In this document: piece by piece, positions 13,605 to 29,000 of the stretch
Layout of the letters: each line of letters starts with the position of its first letter
How positions within the stretch are numbered: the stretch's first letter is position 1
NCBI GenBank assembly: GCA_964057225.1
Contig: OZ059896.1
Span: 16,554,001 to 16,618,000 of the forward strand
Source of the DNA: Auanema rhodensis
Lineage: Eukaryota > Animalia > Nematoda
Direction: 5' to 3'
DNA: 64,000 nt
Made by a program: the position numbers and the translations under genes
The notes under the pieces: generated by a model
What the model saw: only the letters and a program-made list of their open reading frames with translations
What the model was told of the DNA's origin: nothing
The model's database searches: none

Positions 13605-16600
13605 CCCTATTACTCCCCTTTACCTCTCTCTTTATCTCTTTATATCATTCCTTCTCTTTCATTTTCAAAAAAAAAACTTTTTCCTAAAGTTTTTTGTCTT
13701 TTCCTTATTCATTAGTCGGTATCTCTTTCATGTTTTCAAATACAAAAATTTGATTAAAAAATGGATCCAATCCAGTATTTAGAACTCTTATGTGGTAAAA
13801 TGATGCAGACGAAAAAGAAGAAGTTTAATGATTCACTTTCATTTTTGATCATCATTGCCCTCTCTTGAGCTTTTAGTAGCATTTAGCTGATATAGATTTC
13901 TTCGTCTTCCTGATGTAGACTTCTCTCTCTCTCTCTTCTATTAACACTTTCTCTCTCATTGTCTTTGAAAACCTAAGAAACAATCTTTAATCTACATAAA
14001 CCAGACTGATAGAGCATGGAGAGAATGACATGAAGACATCTTGAAGTGGCTAGCGGTCTGTCTCTCTATTCATGGTCAGTGGCTATCCTGACCCAAGTCA
14101 GTAGTGCCGGAATTTCTTTTGGTGTTCTGATGTTCATTGCGCAATAGTCATCTCAATCATACTCAACTACTAGATTGTTTAATCATCTCATGTCATATCA
14201 TTCATATTTTCTTTGTATTCTTCAAAATATCCAAAAACAATGAAAATTTGACTAAAAAAAGACTGAAAGAGTTCAACTACAATAGTCTTGATATCGTGTG
14301 TCTTATTACATTTAAGTTTAAGCAGTTATATACCGTCCCATTCCTATTTACTTAAAACAATCTTCTCCTAACTTGTATTTTGAAGATTTTTCTTTAAATA
14401 TTAAGTTTATTAATTTTAAAAACTAAAACTTATTCATAACCAATATATTCAGTACTTATTTCAATAATTTTTTCAAACAATAAAGTATTATCTTTACCAA
14501 AATAATACTAAAAGTATGTTGTACATTGAATATAACTCCCTTGAGGGTCTTATCATAAAAACTATTATGTATGTTCCATTATTTATGTTTTGTCTCTTTA
14601 ATTTCAAATAAATTTCTAATCCATATAGTAAAATCTTTTCAATACTATATGTATGTATATATACTAATTTATAAATTTTAAATATTAAACTTTTTTTTTC
14701 CAAATAAAAAAACTTAAAATAACATTATTCTTCTGTTTATACATATATATATTATATATAAATATTATAATCTTAATCATATATTTTATAGTTTTGTTTT
14801 GAAAGATGAGCTACTACTATTACTCGATAGTGTTCTAATGACTTCTTCTTCATACTTTCATCTTTTCTTTTCTCTTTATCGTCATCAATGTTATCATTAC
14901 CTTATGCATTATATTGAGCTTAAAATCAACAATTCATCTGATAACTATATGTATTATTAGTCTTATTTTATAATTTTTTTCTTTTCTTATTCATTTTCTT
15001 TCATTTCTTTATGTTTCATGTTTTATATAAAATTCTAAATGTTACTATTTGTAGATTTGTCGTCTAGCATCATCCATCAAGCATCAAGCTTTCCTGATTT
15101 CACTACTGGATTATACATTTAGCACTTTGTACTCTAAAACGTTCAGCTTAAGCTTCAGTAATGCTGCAAGAAGCGAAGCATCTTTTTCATGTAAAGTTCC
15201 GAAAAATTCAAAAAGATCGTATATGAATTGCCCGCATTACTCATAACCAAGGCCAAACGTTTCGAAATTTTGGTTTTTGTTTAACGAAAAGCCGTATACT
15301 GCTTACCTTTTTCCAATTTTACTAAACCTATATTATGTGATTTCTCACGAAACAATAATTTTTATTTATGATTTAAAGCTCTCTAACCTCATTCTTTATT
15401 CTCTTTTTCAAATTAATCGTCTGAAGTACCAGGTGTGCTTTGGCTTTACAGCCAATTCATCCTTCACTACTCTTATACTACCTATTCATATAGTATAATA
15501 AGAATTGGAATTTCTTAACTATACATATAGATTACATGAAGGATGGCTGTAGCTGTGTGTGACATGAACTTGAAAGAGAAAGAAAGAGAGAGAGAAAGAG
15601 AAAGAGGGAAAATTCAATCTGAAATACATCAAATATTGCCTTTTATGGCAGTTTCGTGTATGCCTTAATCACGTTGTTGGTTTTCCTAACAACCTTTTTT
15701 CCTCAATATCTTTGATTTCAATTCATATACATAAGTTTCAAAACATTTATCGAATACGTTCTCGTACTTTCTTCGAATAACTCTTATGTTTTCATAATTA
15801 TTCAAAATATTTTAAAATCTTATTATATCTAAATACATACATTTAAAATAAGAAATAGAAATTTAAATGTAGTAGATGATGATAACGCGAGAACATGTTG
15901 AATCTTCTGTCTTATCATAATTGACCTTTGAAAATTAAAGGAACGTTAAACGAAAATGGAAAGAACATTAAGAAGAGGAGGAAGAAAGAGAAAGATTAGA
16001 AAGAATTTATTTTCGGATTAACTAAAGTATGAGAAAATGTGAGGAAAATGGTTAATTCATTTCTAAATTCTTATGTTACTTCTTTCCTGTTGATTGAATA
16101 GAACACTAGGTGGACTGTGGTGTTCCTTTTTCCTTGTTTCATACACATTTCTCTCTCAAAATCTCTTTATATTTCAAATGAAACACTTGAAGTTACTGTT
16201 CTTTTTACTTCTTTATTTTGATAATTCCTATTTCTATTCTCTTTATAATATTAATCATAATCCCTTGTTCATTATTCTACACCCTCTTCTCTATTCTTAC
16301 ACTATATGAACAATAGTAAGCATATGTTCTTTTAATTATTTATTACAAAAATTATGAAAAAAAAAGAAAAAAGGGAAAGAAAAACGCCAGATGATCCGCA
16401 GATTTTTTTTATTTCATGATCGTTGGTTGATCTATTCCCTTATTATTCTTTCTAAATATTTCTTTAGCATTGCGTCATCTCTGGTCAGTGGCAAGAGTAG
16501 AGAGCAATAGATTGCCATTATCTCAGACCTCTATCGATGATTTATTTCTGTCGTGTGTCTTGATCTCATTTTCACGTAGTTATATAGTTAATATTATAAT

Positions 16601-18049
16601 TTATATATATTAATATTAATATAACTACATCAAAACTTAAAGAAAATAAAACTAAAAATGAACAATTTCAATGATTATAATATTATTTATTTTATATTTT
16701 TCTTATAAATACCATATGTTTACGTAGTTTGTTCTAAATATTTTACCTATACATATAGTATTAGTTAATTTGCATAGTTAATATATTATTTGTGACCTGA
16801 TGCGTAATATGTTGCTGATGGCGAATCAGAGAGATATGATCAAATGACCGAATAGCAGGTGTTAATATATATTATTAATCTAAATAATCTTTAAAATTAA
16901 AATATAAATAAGAAATTATTTATGTATATACTTATATAGTTATTTATTTACTTTAAATGTCTTTTTACAATAGTTTTAAAAATATATAGATTAGCATAAG
17001 TAATCATATAAACTTCGAGATGTGACAATCTACCTCACATACTCATCAGTCTTCAAGCATCTGCACATGATTCAGATGTCATATTTCATGTAATTAACTG
17101 AAATTATTAGAAATAATTAACTATATGAACTGAATATAATATAGTATCAACGCATAACTATATTTTTTGTTGTCCAAAAAAAAACTTTATGAATAATTCA
17201 ACTAACAAGTCAATTTTCATGACATTTTCATGACCTATGCATATCGTTTGAATACTGTCTCCTAGATGTAGCTGTTGTTGTTGCAGGTCGCTTGACAGTA
17301 CAGGATGGACTTATGAATTCATCTAGATATCAGTCTTCAGTCATCTGTTACCTATACTTCATTTAGAAAGATGTAGATACTTTATATTCTCTTATACCAT
17401 TCACCTCTCCTCTCCATACTCTTCCCTCTCTAATCCACTTGAACATCCCTTCGTAGCTATTCAGTTCAATCCCAAAATAATTTCCTCGTTCATTTAATAT
17501 GCAAATGGGTTAAGTTGAAAAAAGGAAAATATGCTCTTTCATATGTACAGACCTCTAAACGGCTGTTCATTTACCAGCAGTCTGACTGATGGTGACTGCT
17601 GACCACAATCCTTCTGTTCTTCCCGGGGTTTTTACGGTCATGTGGTCTCTCGAGAGTATTCACGTACATTACTACCTCCCTTTAGGTGGTAGTAATCTCT
17701 TATTCTCTCTCTGTCAGCATCTTTTCTTTATACTCTTCCATGCCGACGTTGATTTTCTGGCGGTTACAAGCATCATAATGGATCAGCTACCCGTCTTTAG
17801 ACTAATACAACAGATGGCTGCATCCAATAAGGTAGTATACCGATGAGAGAGAAAAAGAGATTTGCCTCATTCAAATAGTCATTCTGATGTGTATCTGTCA
17901 TTCTCTTCATACCTCCCGTTTCTCTGTTTTGCCGGCGTTCTGACCATGGTCTCTCGGACCATATATGGCTATTTAGCATTTGCTTCGCGGCTTGTCCTTT
18001 GACGTTCGTTTGTCAACATCATGTCGCTCAGTCTTGTTACACTCCCTCA

Positions 18050-18097
<48 letters not shown>

Positions 18098-21000
18098 CTA
18101 CTGTTGCTCTCTTCTTGTCCCTCTCTGTATATTAGTCTCTTTCACCCAATTGCTGTTCAATCCCTTTGTCTTTCTACTATTACTGGAGAAGAATATTATG
18201 CAACATCATTTTCTATCTATGTACATACATACAATGTGAGATATTGCCTTCAGGCACTATAGTCAAATCAGTTCTATCTATTCGGCCGAAAACCTTAAAT
18301 CCTGAGATATATGGATGTGCGTACCCATTCCATATTTCTGGAATTGTAAAGAGTAACAAGCTGTGAAGATGACTAAAGAAGAATACAAACTCGAACCTTT
18401 ATTCAAGCCATATGTATACAATTAAAAGCACTTTGAGCTTCTATTCTGGGCGCATCTCCTCCTATATATCCATGCTCACCATGTGTTTGCCCTCTGGCAA
18501 TTGCCTTAATTCAGTTTTAAAGCTCTTTCAGTCAACATCATTCCCATATACAGAATATTCTGTGTTTCTTCTTATTGCATAACACATAATGCGAAGCATC
18601 CATCAGCTAAAGCTGTAGTGGCAGCATCAACATCATCTTCATTCGATGATATAAGCCTCAGAAGCTTCTTCATCTCATTTCATACACATTGCTCAGTCAT
18701 CACTCATCAGCCGGCTACTGCCAGCATGCTGCTCAGAAAGCCTAGCCACTTCATCCTTATATTACCAGCCCACAAAAGCCATTATCGGAGGTAGCCTGCG
18801 TGCCACTCACCAGTAGTCAGCCCTTCACGATCACCCATCTGACTCAACGATAGCTTTATTTCTATAATTTTTACGTTTTATGGGTTATAGATTTAGCAGG
18901 TTGTCCAGTATGTCGACCATGTACATCTGTACTTTCCTAAAGAATCAACAAGCATATTCCAAATCTTGTTTGTATTTGTTTATTTATCTTTGCTCTTGGA
19001 TTTCTCACATCATCAGCACTTCAAACATCCACCTGTTGTTGATTCCTTTCAGCTATGCCAACCGTATTGCCTTAATCCTTTTCTCAATATGCCGACCAGT
19101 AGCCTTAGAAGTGCAGGTATACAGATGTTCTACTTCTATCTCATTCTCTTCATCTAATCCAAAAACTTTTTTATTTTGCATTCGAACAGGCTAGCAGTAT
19201 CCCAAGTTTCTTTGATATTTTCATTCCAAATGAAGTATTCTATAAGTTTATTCCATTTTAAAGCTTGGTTATCTATTATACTTTGTGCCATCAAAACTTG
19301 AAAACATTCCTATATCTTTCTAACAAACTTTAAAAATAAGTAATCTTAAATAGTTATTTACTACTATTTTATCAGCTTATTTTATAAAATATATTATTAT
19401 AATCTATTTATAGTATATTATATATATTTTTATTTATATGTATATGTATTATTCAATGTTCTTATCATTTCCAACGTTCATTTTCTTTTTTTTTAAAACT
19501 TGATCCATTGAATTGCATAGTTCGTTTGCGTCGGCGTAGTTTAAAGATGAATTTCTCTTTTATTTCTTACAATATTTCAAATTTGTTTCATTTCAGAATG
19601 AAGAAGATCGCTTCCATTAGACATTGACCCTTTACATTCTTCGTCGTATACCATCTTAGATTTTCAGATTCCATGAACAACCCCATCCCCAACTACCATC
19701 TTTGACTTTCGTCTTCGTTATCGTTAAGATGAAGAAAATCTGAAAACGAAAAGACGAAGAACGAAAACATGACTATAGATGGTCATCTGAATGATTTCAA
19801 ATGTCAATTGCTCATCTGACAACACTTTCTTTGAGGATGTGCTGGTGGCTTTGAGATGCGATTGACGTGGTCTCTGACTCATCATCACGACCACCCATTA
19901 CGATTGTCCTACAAGACAGTCTGTCCATGTATTCTGAATCAGTCACGTAACAACATACACGTTATGTAGGAAGAAAATACGATGATGATAGATAGAAACC
20001 AGCCTTAAAACTCAGCTATTCAAGAGAAGAAAAAGAAAATATTCAAAAAGTTTTTATATTTTCTTCATATCTGTCATTGACTAAACGTATCCATCTGTCT
20101 TCTTCTTACCTTCTACATGTAAACTGCATAAAGAATCTCGTTTAGATTCAACTTTAACAATTGCTTTCTTTGATTTTCTTTTTCTTTCAGAACAACATAT
20201 ATACATACATAAAGCATATGTTCTTATCATATTTCTATACATTCATGTATAGTTATGAGAAATGCTTAATCATATCAACTTTAGAAATGACGTCAATATT
20301 AAGATAATTTTCATTTCAAGAATATTTTGATATTATAAGCTTGTAATCAGATTTTCTTATTATTTTCCTCTTTTTTGAGATCTTTGCTTTTGCTAAAAGA
20401 TTTTAAGAGCAAACCATGCGAAATATGGAAAACAGTAGAATATAATGAATGATTTGATTTATCTTATGATATGATGGGATGAGGTACTCCACATATTTTC
20501 TTTATAAAACCTTTGTAAATCATTTAGATTATTGATAATATCATTGATATTAATTAATTTTTCTTATTGATTAATACAAGTATTCATGAATCTATTTTGA
20601 AAAATAAAATAAGAACGATGAAACGATGAGAAACGAAAATGAGGTTACAATTTCCATTTTATCTTGTTCTTCATTCTTTTCTCTCGTTATTTTCATTTCT
20701 TTATAGTTAACCAATTGAACCATCAAATTTCTTTATTCATTTCTCTTTAACTAACTGTTCATCGCCCTCATTGTTGTCCTTTATTTTCATTTTTTATCTT
20801 TTCAAATCATTTTCTTTTATTTTTTATCAAAACCTTGAATTGTGTGAATTGTGGAGATGTTAAACCTTTAACACGTCTATATACTTAAACTTTCTCTCAT
20901 AGTTTACTAAGTTCAATCTATTTGTTTCTCCATCTCTATATACGTGCATGTTTGTTTGTTTATTTATCGTCACTTTTGCCACTTGGGGAGAAGTGACAAA

Positions 21001-21885
21001 GATGACAGGAAAACGGTACGCAATTCATGTTTGTACTTCGTCAGATCATATTCATCATCTCTCACCTTTCTATACCTCAGCTAAGCAGCTCATCATGTTC
21101 ACTCAATACATAACTGAAGATACATGAGGACATCTGAAGGAGAACGCTTTCACATTATTCTTATCTCTACAAAAATTTAATGAAAAGTTCAAAGGTTTCA
21201 TCAAAATATCTTCACTTTTCTCATTTTTCAAAACGCTTTCCTCATATCTTTTCAGCGATAACATCAGTTTATGAGATGTAACAGGCTTTAGCTTTGCAAA
21301 CTCATCCAAATCTTGTGTTTTGATTTTCTTTTTCTTTTAATTTCAATCAGGAATAATACCATTTCCTAAGCAATGTTGACCGCAACTGACCACAATCAAG
21401 TTCAAACCAGTTAAGATTGTAATCCCTTTTCGTTAGTCCTTCAATCAAACATTCTCACGAAGCTCAGCATATTGCATGCGTATGTCGACTATCTCACATT
21501 CATTTTCACCTTTTCTTTTGGTTTAATTTAAGTCACAACAGCTGAATTTAAGCTTAATTTGAACTAATTTACATACGAAACATGCTGTTAACGTATAACC
21601 TTATGTTTACAGGTTTTTCATCTGTCAATCACAACAGACTTAAGATAGAAGGTTGTGTCTGCATAGTCAATGTCCTCTAGCCACTTGCATAGATCGTACC
21701 GCCGTTTCTTGACTTCCTCCTGTTTCCTGCGTCCATGCTCTATCCAACCTGATGCTCTTTAAGTAGCTCACTTATCCTCCACATTAGGCTGTCCCAGGTT
21801 ACTTGCTGGCTCAAAAAATGCTTTTTGTAGTAATGATGTTCTTTAAGCATTTTCTTATATAGGTTTCGATTTCTCTCTCTCTCTC

Positions 21886-21939
<54 letters not shown>

Positions 21940-23011
21940 TCTCTCTCTCTTTCTTTCTCCCGTCTCACTTTATATTCATTGTTGTTTGACTTAATTTATT
22001 CCAATTTTTTATTTTATTTATGATTTTTCTATTCCCAAGCTTTTCGATCTCACACAAAATCTGTCTGGAAAAATAAAAAAAGCCATAAAACAAATGAGAT
22101 TCTGTTCGGAAATGTCCTATGACGGATAGTTCGAATGCCAATTCAGAACTCTATTTCAGATTTTCCTCAGAACATCCAGATACCAAGATAGATTCTTCTA
22201 AGTAGACAATTCTAAAAGAGAGTATGTGTTTGCCACACAGACATCCTATTAGCATATTCCTTTGAAAATCATTTTGATGTGTATGGATGTGCCGACAGGA
22301 GGTCACTTATCTTCAAGCTTTATGGTTTTTCATAGATTTGACTCATCAATCATATCAAAATCGATCGTCCCCAGAGAATTTGACGACGACAAGTAAGATG
22401 TCGGCGTGATGAGACTGAGACTGCAGCTCCTATAATCAAAAGATCGTCTTCTTCTACGCACGGCATATAACATATTCCTTCTGATGGATCATGTTCTATT
22501 TCAACGTCCCTTCCCTAACCTCACATCAACAGATTCTAACAGCTATTCATATAGAATGTCGGTTAACTGATTGAAGTAGCATATGATACTCGTCAATCGT
22601 ACATCAAATAGATATATAGACACAATAAGCTGAATCTGATCAGATTGAAGAAGCTAAAAGCTTATTGTTTATCTCATTCCATGTCCCTCTCACCTAATCC
22701 ATTTCAATCGTCTCTGAACATCAAGCAAAGAAGCCGAATCCACTAAGTCTATTGTCTATAAAGCTGATTAGATACATGTAAGTTCGTTGCCATGTACTGG
22801 TTGTAGCTGGTTTGAGGTCTTAACCCAATGTAATCCAATTCAACTGTTGTTGTTGGGGTTGTTGTTGTTGGTGATGATGATGATAATGACTGAAAAGGAT
22901 AAATATTGAATTGAAGAGGTATCTCCTTGATATTGGTAATAATGATCAACATCACTAGTTATCCTCATCATCTTTGACATCATCAATATCATTCGTTGTC
23001 TCACAAAACAC

Positions 23012-23041
<30 letters not shown>
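23012..23041. repeat. (CAT)10 trinucleotide microsatellite
   Basis: Read directly from the sequence. Confidence 0.9.
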
Positions 23042-23042
<1 letters not shown>

Positions 23043-26000
23043 TACACTAATCGATTATTATTCTTTTCGCTAGTTCTTAGATATATCTCGATTTCTTTTT
23101 ATGAGCATAACCTAGATAAAGCGTGAGAAGAGGACATCACATCATGAAGCCCACATGTTGACTGACCCATTTGATGGCCGTATTAGGGCACGTGGAGCTT
23201 AGCTCCGATGATGTAATACATCGACGTTTGCTCATCTGTCGTCTATGTGGTTCTTTGGATCCGTATTAGGCAATTGATCTTTCTTCTGGGTCTCTCACTG
23301 TCTCCCTCTCTTTCTCTCTCTTTCTTTTTCTCTCTCTTTCCTCTTTATCTAAATATCTTTCATTCTCTTACGTTCTTACGTTACTATCCTGGATTTTTGT
23401 CGCATAATTTGTACTCTATTCTATATTTTCTGATCTATTTCTCTTGATATATCATTATATTTTTCATGTTTTATCTCTTCTTGGGTATACTACCACCTAA
23501 TAAGGTACAACGACTATCATTAGACAGATCATCTGTATTGTCTTTTTCTTCTCCTCTTGCTAGAGTTGTCCGTATTTTACAGTTATAATTCATTTCCATC
23601 TTATACAATCATCGATTTATTGCCAATGCCTCCTATATCAATTCTCTTCGCTTATTCGCTATCCAGAATCTCATCAACCTGATCATTGTTGATGTTTCTG
23701 CTACTCTGCTGCCACCACTTCTGTTATCCCATCCTCCAGCCCAATATTACCCTTCTTCTGCATTTCATTCCAAAACATACTTTACAGCTTGATATTTCAA
23801 AGGTGTCAACTTTCTCTCATCACCGTCATCAGCATCTTCTTTCTTGAGCTTTTAGCCAACTTTCTACTTGTAACTTAAGTTTCACCCTCCATCTTCGTTC
23901 CATCTAATCCTCCCCCCCTTCCCCGTAACTTACTGTTTGCTTGTCCTGCTCTATATCCTACATTCAACATCATTTATTATTGATTCTGATGGAAATTCCT
24001 CATATATCTCATCATCATCATCTATATCGATCAAAAAAACTATTTTTTTCTACTCTTTATCATCTACTTTCTACTAGAAAAAGTGTCATAATTCGCAAAT
24101 CGTATAACGGTCATCCCATTCCTGCTCTTTATTTTCCATAACGATGTTTCGATGCACAACTAAAAAAAAAATTTTATTGTAACTGATCCTGATACACACA
24201 TTAAATTCCAGTTGATTCAGCCTTCAGAATACTATGTGTATTCGCATTTCTCAACTGATGACCTCATGCTGAGGCCTCATTTTATTGTTTTTTTAGCTCA
24301 TTTTCCATCAAATCATCTAAAATTATAGAAGAAAACGACATTTTTTTTGTCAGAATTTCCACTCTCAATCTCGAATGATTCATTCCAATGTATCTGTTCT
24401 CTGTTTGTTTCGTTAATTTTTCTTTCTGATCAATTCCATTCCACTCATGTCATTATCTTTTTCTCATTGCTCAAGAAAAAAAATTTGAAATTTTTCATTT
24501 TGATTTATCGCATCATTCCATATTCCATGAAAATTTTTCCTTTTTCTTTTAATTTTTCCTCTACATTTTATTTATTTTTTTATTGAAATGACCAAATCAC
24601 CATTAATGTATCTTATCAGTAGTCATAGTAACAATTCCAACTTGAAACTTGGAACAAAAAAAAAACAATTTTATTATCATTTTGGTCATTAGAAGAGGAT
24701 TCAAACTATTCAGAGGTTTAAGATATTAAAAAATCAAATGATATATTAGATAAAAATAATTTTTCATCAATAATTTCATAGATTACTTATAGTTTAACAA
24801 TAACAAAAAAACATTTTGTTTCGTTATTTGACAATATTTTGTTAAATTCTTAACTTTAACTCAAGCTGTTTGAGATGCTTAAAACGATAAATTTAATGTT
24901 TTTTCCCTGTTATCAATAACTTTTATTTCTTTTGATTCATTCGTGGCTTATATAGCTAGTCGCTCATACATCATGTATAGCATACGATATTAGACTATCA
25001 TTTCATTTTATTAAATTATAACTTGACAACAATATCGAGATGAGCTATAGAATATCAATAACGAACAACTCATTATCGGAATCTGTTCTATTTCGTTCCG
25101 TTTGTTAATCGTCAACGTCGTCGTCATCTTCGTACATCTCATTCTGATGTCGCTACTACTTTTTTTTCCGTCGTCGTCATCATCCTATCTCATGTAGATG
25201 TCTATTTTACTTTCATTTCTGACACATTTTCTGATGAAATTAGAAGATAAGACCATTGCAAATGATATGACTGATCCGAATACAAACTAACTCTCTCAAT
25301 CAGTCTCAACTCTCTTATCTCTTTCTTCCTCCCTCTCTCTTCTGGCATCTATTGATATCAGTCGTTCCAAGAAAATAATGTTCCCTGATATATTCTTCTA
25401 TATAAAGTAAATATATAATTACCTATATAGTTGAATTTAATTATGAAAATCAAACTCTTTTCATCTAACAATCAATTTCTATATTGTTGATTTTCTATTG
25501 TATATTAATTTTGCGGTAAAATTAACTATATAATCAAAAATCGGTATATCCTATAAGTTATATAGGTAGACTCATCATTTCTCTTATAATTAATTATGCG
25601 AGGTTTCGATCTAATTGAAAGCGGAAAACCATCTCAGTCATGTTGTTCATGACCATATTAATTTGACCCTCAGTCAATTGTGATTTTGCTGTCTAATTTG
25701 GTGATTTTGAATTGAATGAACATACGTTCACTCTCTTCTTTCTTTTCTTTCAGTCCAATGATGGAGAGCTCTTTTTCAAAGAGAAGAGTGACCGAGAGAT
25801 TGAGAGAGAAAGAGAACTAGTGGATAGGCCAACATAGCTTTTTCCGTAATTTCTTCTGTCGGCATCCTCATTAGATCCAATTTTCCGGTCATTTCTCGTC
25901 TTTTGTCCAGAGTCGTTGAGCTGCCCTTACATGAAGACCGTTCTCCGCATGTTATGCTACATTTAGATTATTAAAACTAATATAGTCAGCTGAATGTTTG

Positions 26001-29000
26001 AAAGTTTATATTGGAAAGAAAATTCAAACTGGAATACGTAATTCGTGAAGTTTGGAAAGTCAGTTTGAACGATAGTGAACGGAAGTCTGTATCCGAAAAT
26101 ATACCATTCGTTCATAGTTCATCCGGACAATTGGACATGTATGAAGAAATGTCCAAACAAGTATAATTGAATGAGAGAAACTGTATGTTGTCTGTATGAA
26201 AGAAAAGAACTAAGGAAACGGCTCAGAGAAAGGAAGAGAAACGAAGTAATGAAACAAGGAAATTTACTTGTATATTCTGTATTTCTCTCGTCATATTCCC
26301 TGTACGTTCTCTTTCCTCTTTCCCTCTAATGGGCTACAGAATGCTCTTGAGCTGCTATAACATACTATCGATATGATACATACACAGTTTACTTAATTGC
26401 CATAATTATATCGTATTTTCCTTGTCATTACCAATCAGATAGCTGTCCCTGACCCTACTTGTGCCAGGTTTTGTCAAGCATCTCTGTGCCACTAACAGCA
26501 GCATCATATCACATTTCATATCAGATAGAATTATCTCTTTCAATTAATGTTCTCAATTATTGAAATACAGAGTAATATAGAACAGTGCATTGAGCCTAAT
26601 CCACTTCTATCCACTGAATATTACCTTCTTGTCTATTCTCATTATCATCCTCATATTTCTTCTATAATTGTTTTAGTTGAAAATTAAGATAATAATTGTC
26701 ATAAAAACAAGAAAATGGATATATTGAACTGTGGTATAGTTTTGATTCTTACAAATAATAATGAATCTTATATATAATATTCTAGTTTTTACTCATTTTT
26801 AACAAAAATTCTGATGAACAGCTGTATATCTTTCTGATCTTCTTTGTCTCCTTTTTCAGATGTTTGTCTTCAACTTCCTATTGTTTTTTTGTAATTTTAA
26901 CTGATCAAGCTGTATGTATACTACCAAATGTCTCTTCTTCTTTACTATCCATACATCACTTTGGTTTGAAGTGATGAAGAGTAACACCTCTTCCTTGAAT
27001 GCATAAACCCCTTTTCATTTCTTTTCACTTCTTGTACGCTTCGATGTGTTAATGTCGCTTGAACATAGTCCATATGAGATGCCTACTGGGATCAGTCAAG
27101 GGGTTAATCGGCTCAGGATGCTCAGCAGCTTTGTGCTCAACTCGTTAGGCTCTTTAACCTCTCTGCCCCTCTGCCTCATCTATCATGAGTTATAAGAACA
27201 GAAATAGAGAGAAAGTGTGAGTAAATCCGTTGTTTGTCATCAACTGCTCAGAGCGTTGAGTTTAGTTGTCAGACAGTAGCTTGGTTCAAGTCTCAAATCT
27301 CTTATATATTAGCGACAGACAGCAGCGCACCATGGAGCACATCAGTCACCAATTTGGTGTTGTTGATCTTCCTAATAATGCTCTAAGCTCATCAACTTAT
27401 CGTCAACTTGTATTATTCCTAATAATCATTTTCTCTCTTTCAATTTCCCTCTCTCTCTTTCTTTCTAATCGTTCTTTCCCTTTTGCATACAATAACTAAG
27501 TAGTTGACATCTCAATTCATCGTCTATCTTCCAGCAACTAACTTATATTCTTCCTCTTCTTCTTCTTGTATACCATTTCCATCGAAACATCTAATCTTCT
27601 TTCCTTCCTCATAGTCTTACTTCTTTTTCTTCTTCTTAACCATATACTATATGTATATAGTTATAATTATGGCATTGCCCTACTTGGCGTGTGTATTTCT
27701 CTTCTTCTGTATGTTTCATCGAAGAACCAAGGAGGTCCTTTCTCCTAAGGACCACGTAAAGACCAGATTTGAAAGATGAACAAGAGTCTGGACAGAACGT
27801 CTGAAGGATGAGGTCAAATCATCCCAGCAACAATCATGTTTCTAACTTTGAATTTTCTTCCGTTTTTATTCCAATTTGTCTTTGCATTTCGTTTCCATAA
27901 TCTTCGGTTTTTTTCACTGGAATTTGTTAATTTATTGTCTTTTCAGGAACATTTTCGTGTCAGTTATGCCGTTAAGCTGTGCTCATCTCCAGCTTTGATC
28001 GAAACAGCCACATGCTGAATGATTCAAACGCTTGGATACTTTGGAACATCAAAGCTAATTCTTAGTACATCATCAGAATTTTAAATAATCTATAATTACT
28101 CATTGGCATTGCTTGCTTCCATCTATTTCACTTCAATTATTCGACATATTGGAGTGAAGTCCGTTCAAATATATTGAAGCATTCCCTCAAAGAAATAGAT
28201 ATATAATTGAGAGTAAAAAGCAATAAAGGATAGTAATAAAGAGAAACAGAGAGAGAGAATGAAGCGAGACTTAGGGTGAGAAAATAAGGAAAGATGGCGA
28301 TTGCAGGCTTTTCCTTTATCTTGTTTGAAAACCGAATACGTCATGTATGTTCATGAGCAGCACGTGATCAATGTGTGAAAACCTAGCGGAAGTTACAAAA
28401 CCAAGTTGTATAGGTCGTACAGAGATGTTATATAAGATTGTTGAGTAAACATTATATCTTCATATACGGATAATGTATGTAATATTTAAGATTTACCTTC
28501 CTATCCAATACGTATGAGTATTCTTTAGAATTTTCTATTTCAATTACCTTGAAAAGAAGTAAATTATTCAAATATTTCAAGTAAATAGTATGAAAGTTTG
28601 AATGTAATACGAAACTTTCAATCAGATTCCCTAAGTTAGAAAGAACTGTTTTCAGCGACTAAGCGGTAAAAGGTCGTCACTGCACAAGCGGATAAATAAC
28701 GATCAGTTTGGCATTCCGTTTTTCGAACACATAGTTTATAACATATGGTTAGCATGCGTAAGAGCTTTAACTTGTCCAGTTATGTTATATTCCCTCGTTT
28801 TCACTCAGTTCTTCTCTATCTCTCTCATGCTTTCTCTCTATCTTGATCTCTCTCAATCTCTCCAAGTTTTAAAACGTTTAAAACCTGCTTTTCATTCAAC
28901 ATTTTGCCACATTTAGTAGCAAAGATTGAATGTTCGTTTGATTCGATGTTACTTCATAATCCAGTATTTAGAGACTATCACTCGAGAGACAAAACTGCTC

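Noticed and set aside
11232-13715. ORFs with SLSLSL or ERERER runs
   Set aside because: These are translations of (CT)n/(GA)n microsatellites; the same applies to similar ORFs throughout the window.
21030-21052. TTTGTACTTCGTCAG resembles the miR-239/miR-305 seed region
   Set aside because: Only patchy pairing with upstream sequence; no convincing precursor.
26002-26166. Open frame LEYVIREVWKVSLNDSERKSVSENIP, faintly like a Tc1 transposase C-terminus
   Set aside because: No start codon, no WPxxSPDLNPIE motif and no TIRs; similarity too weak.
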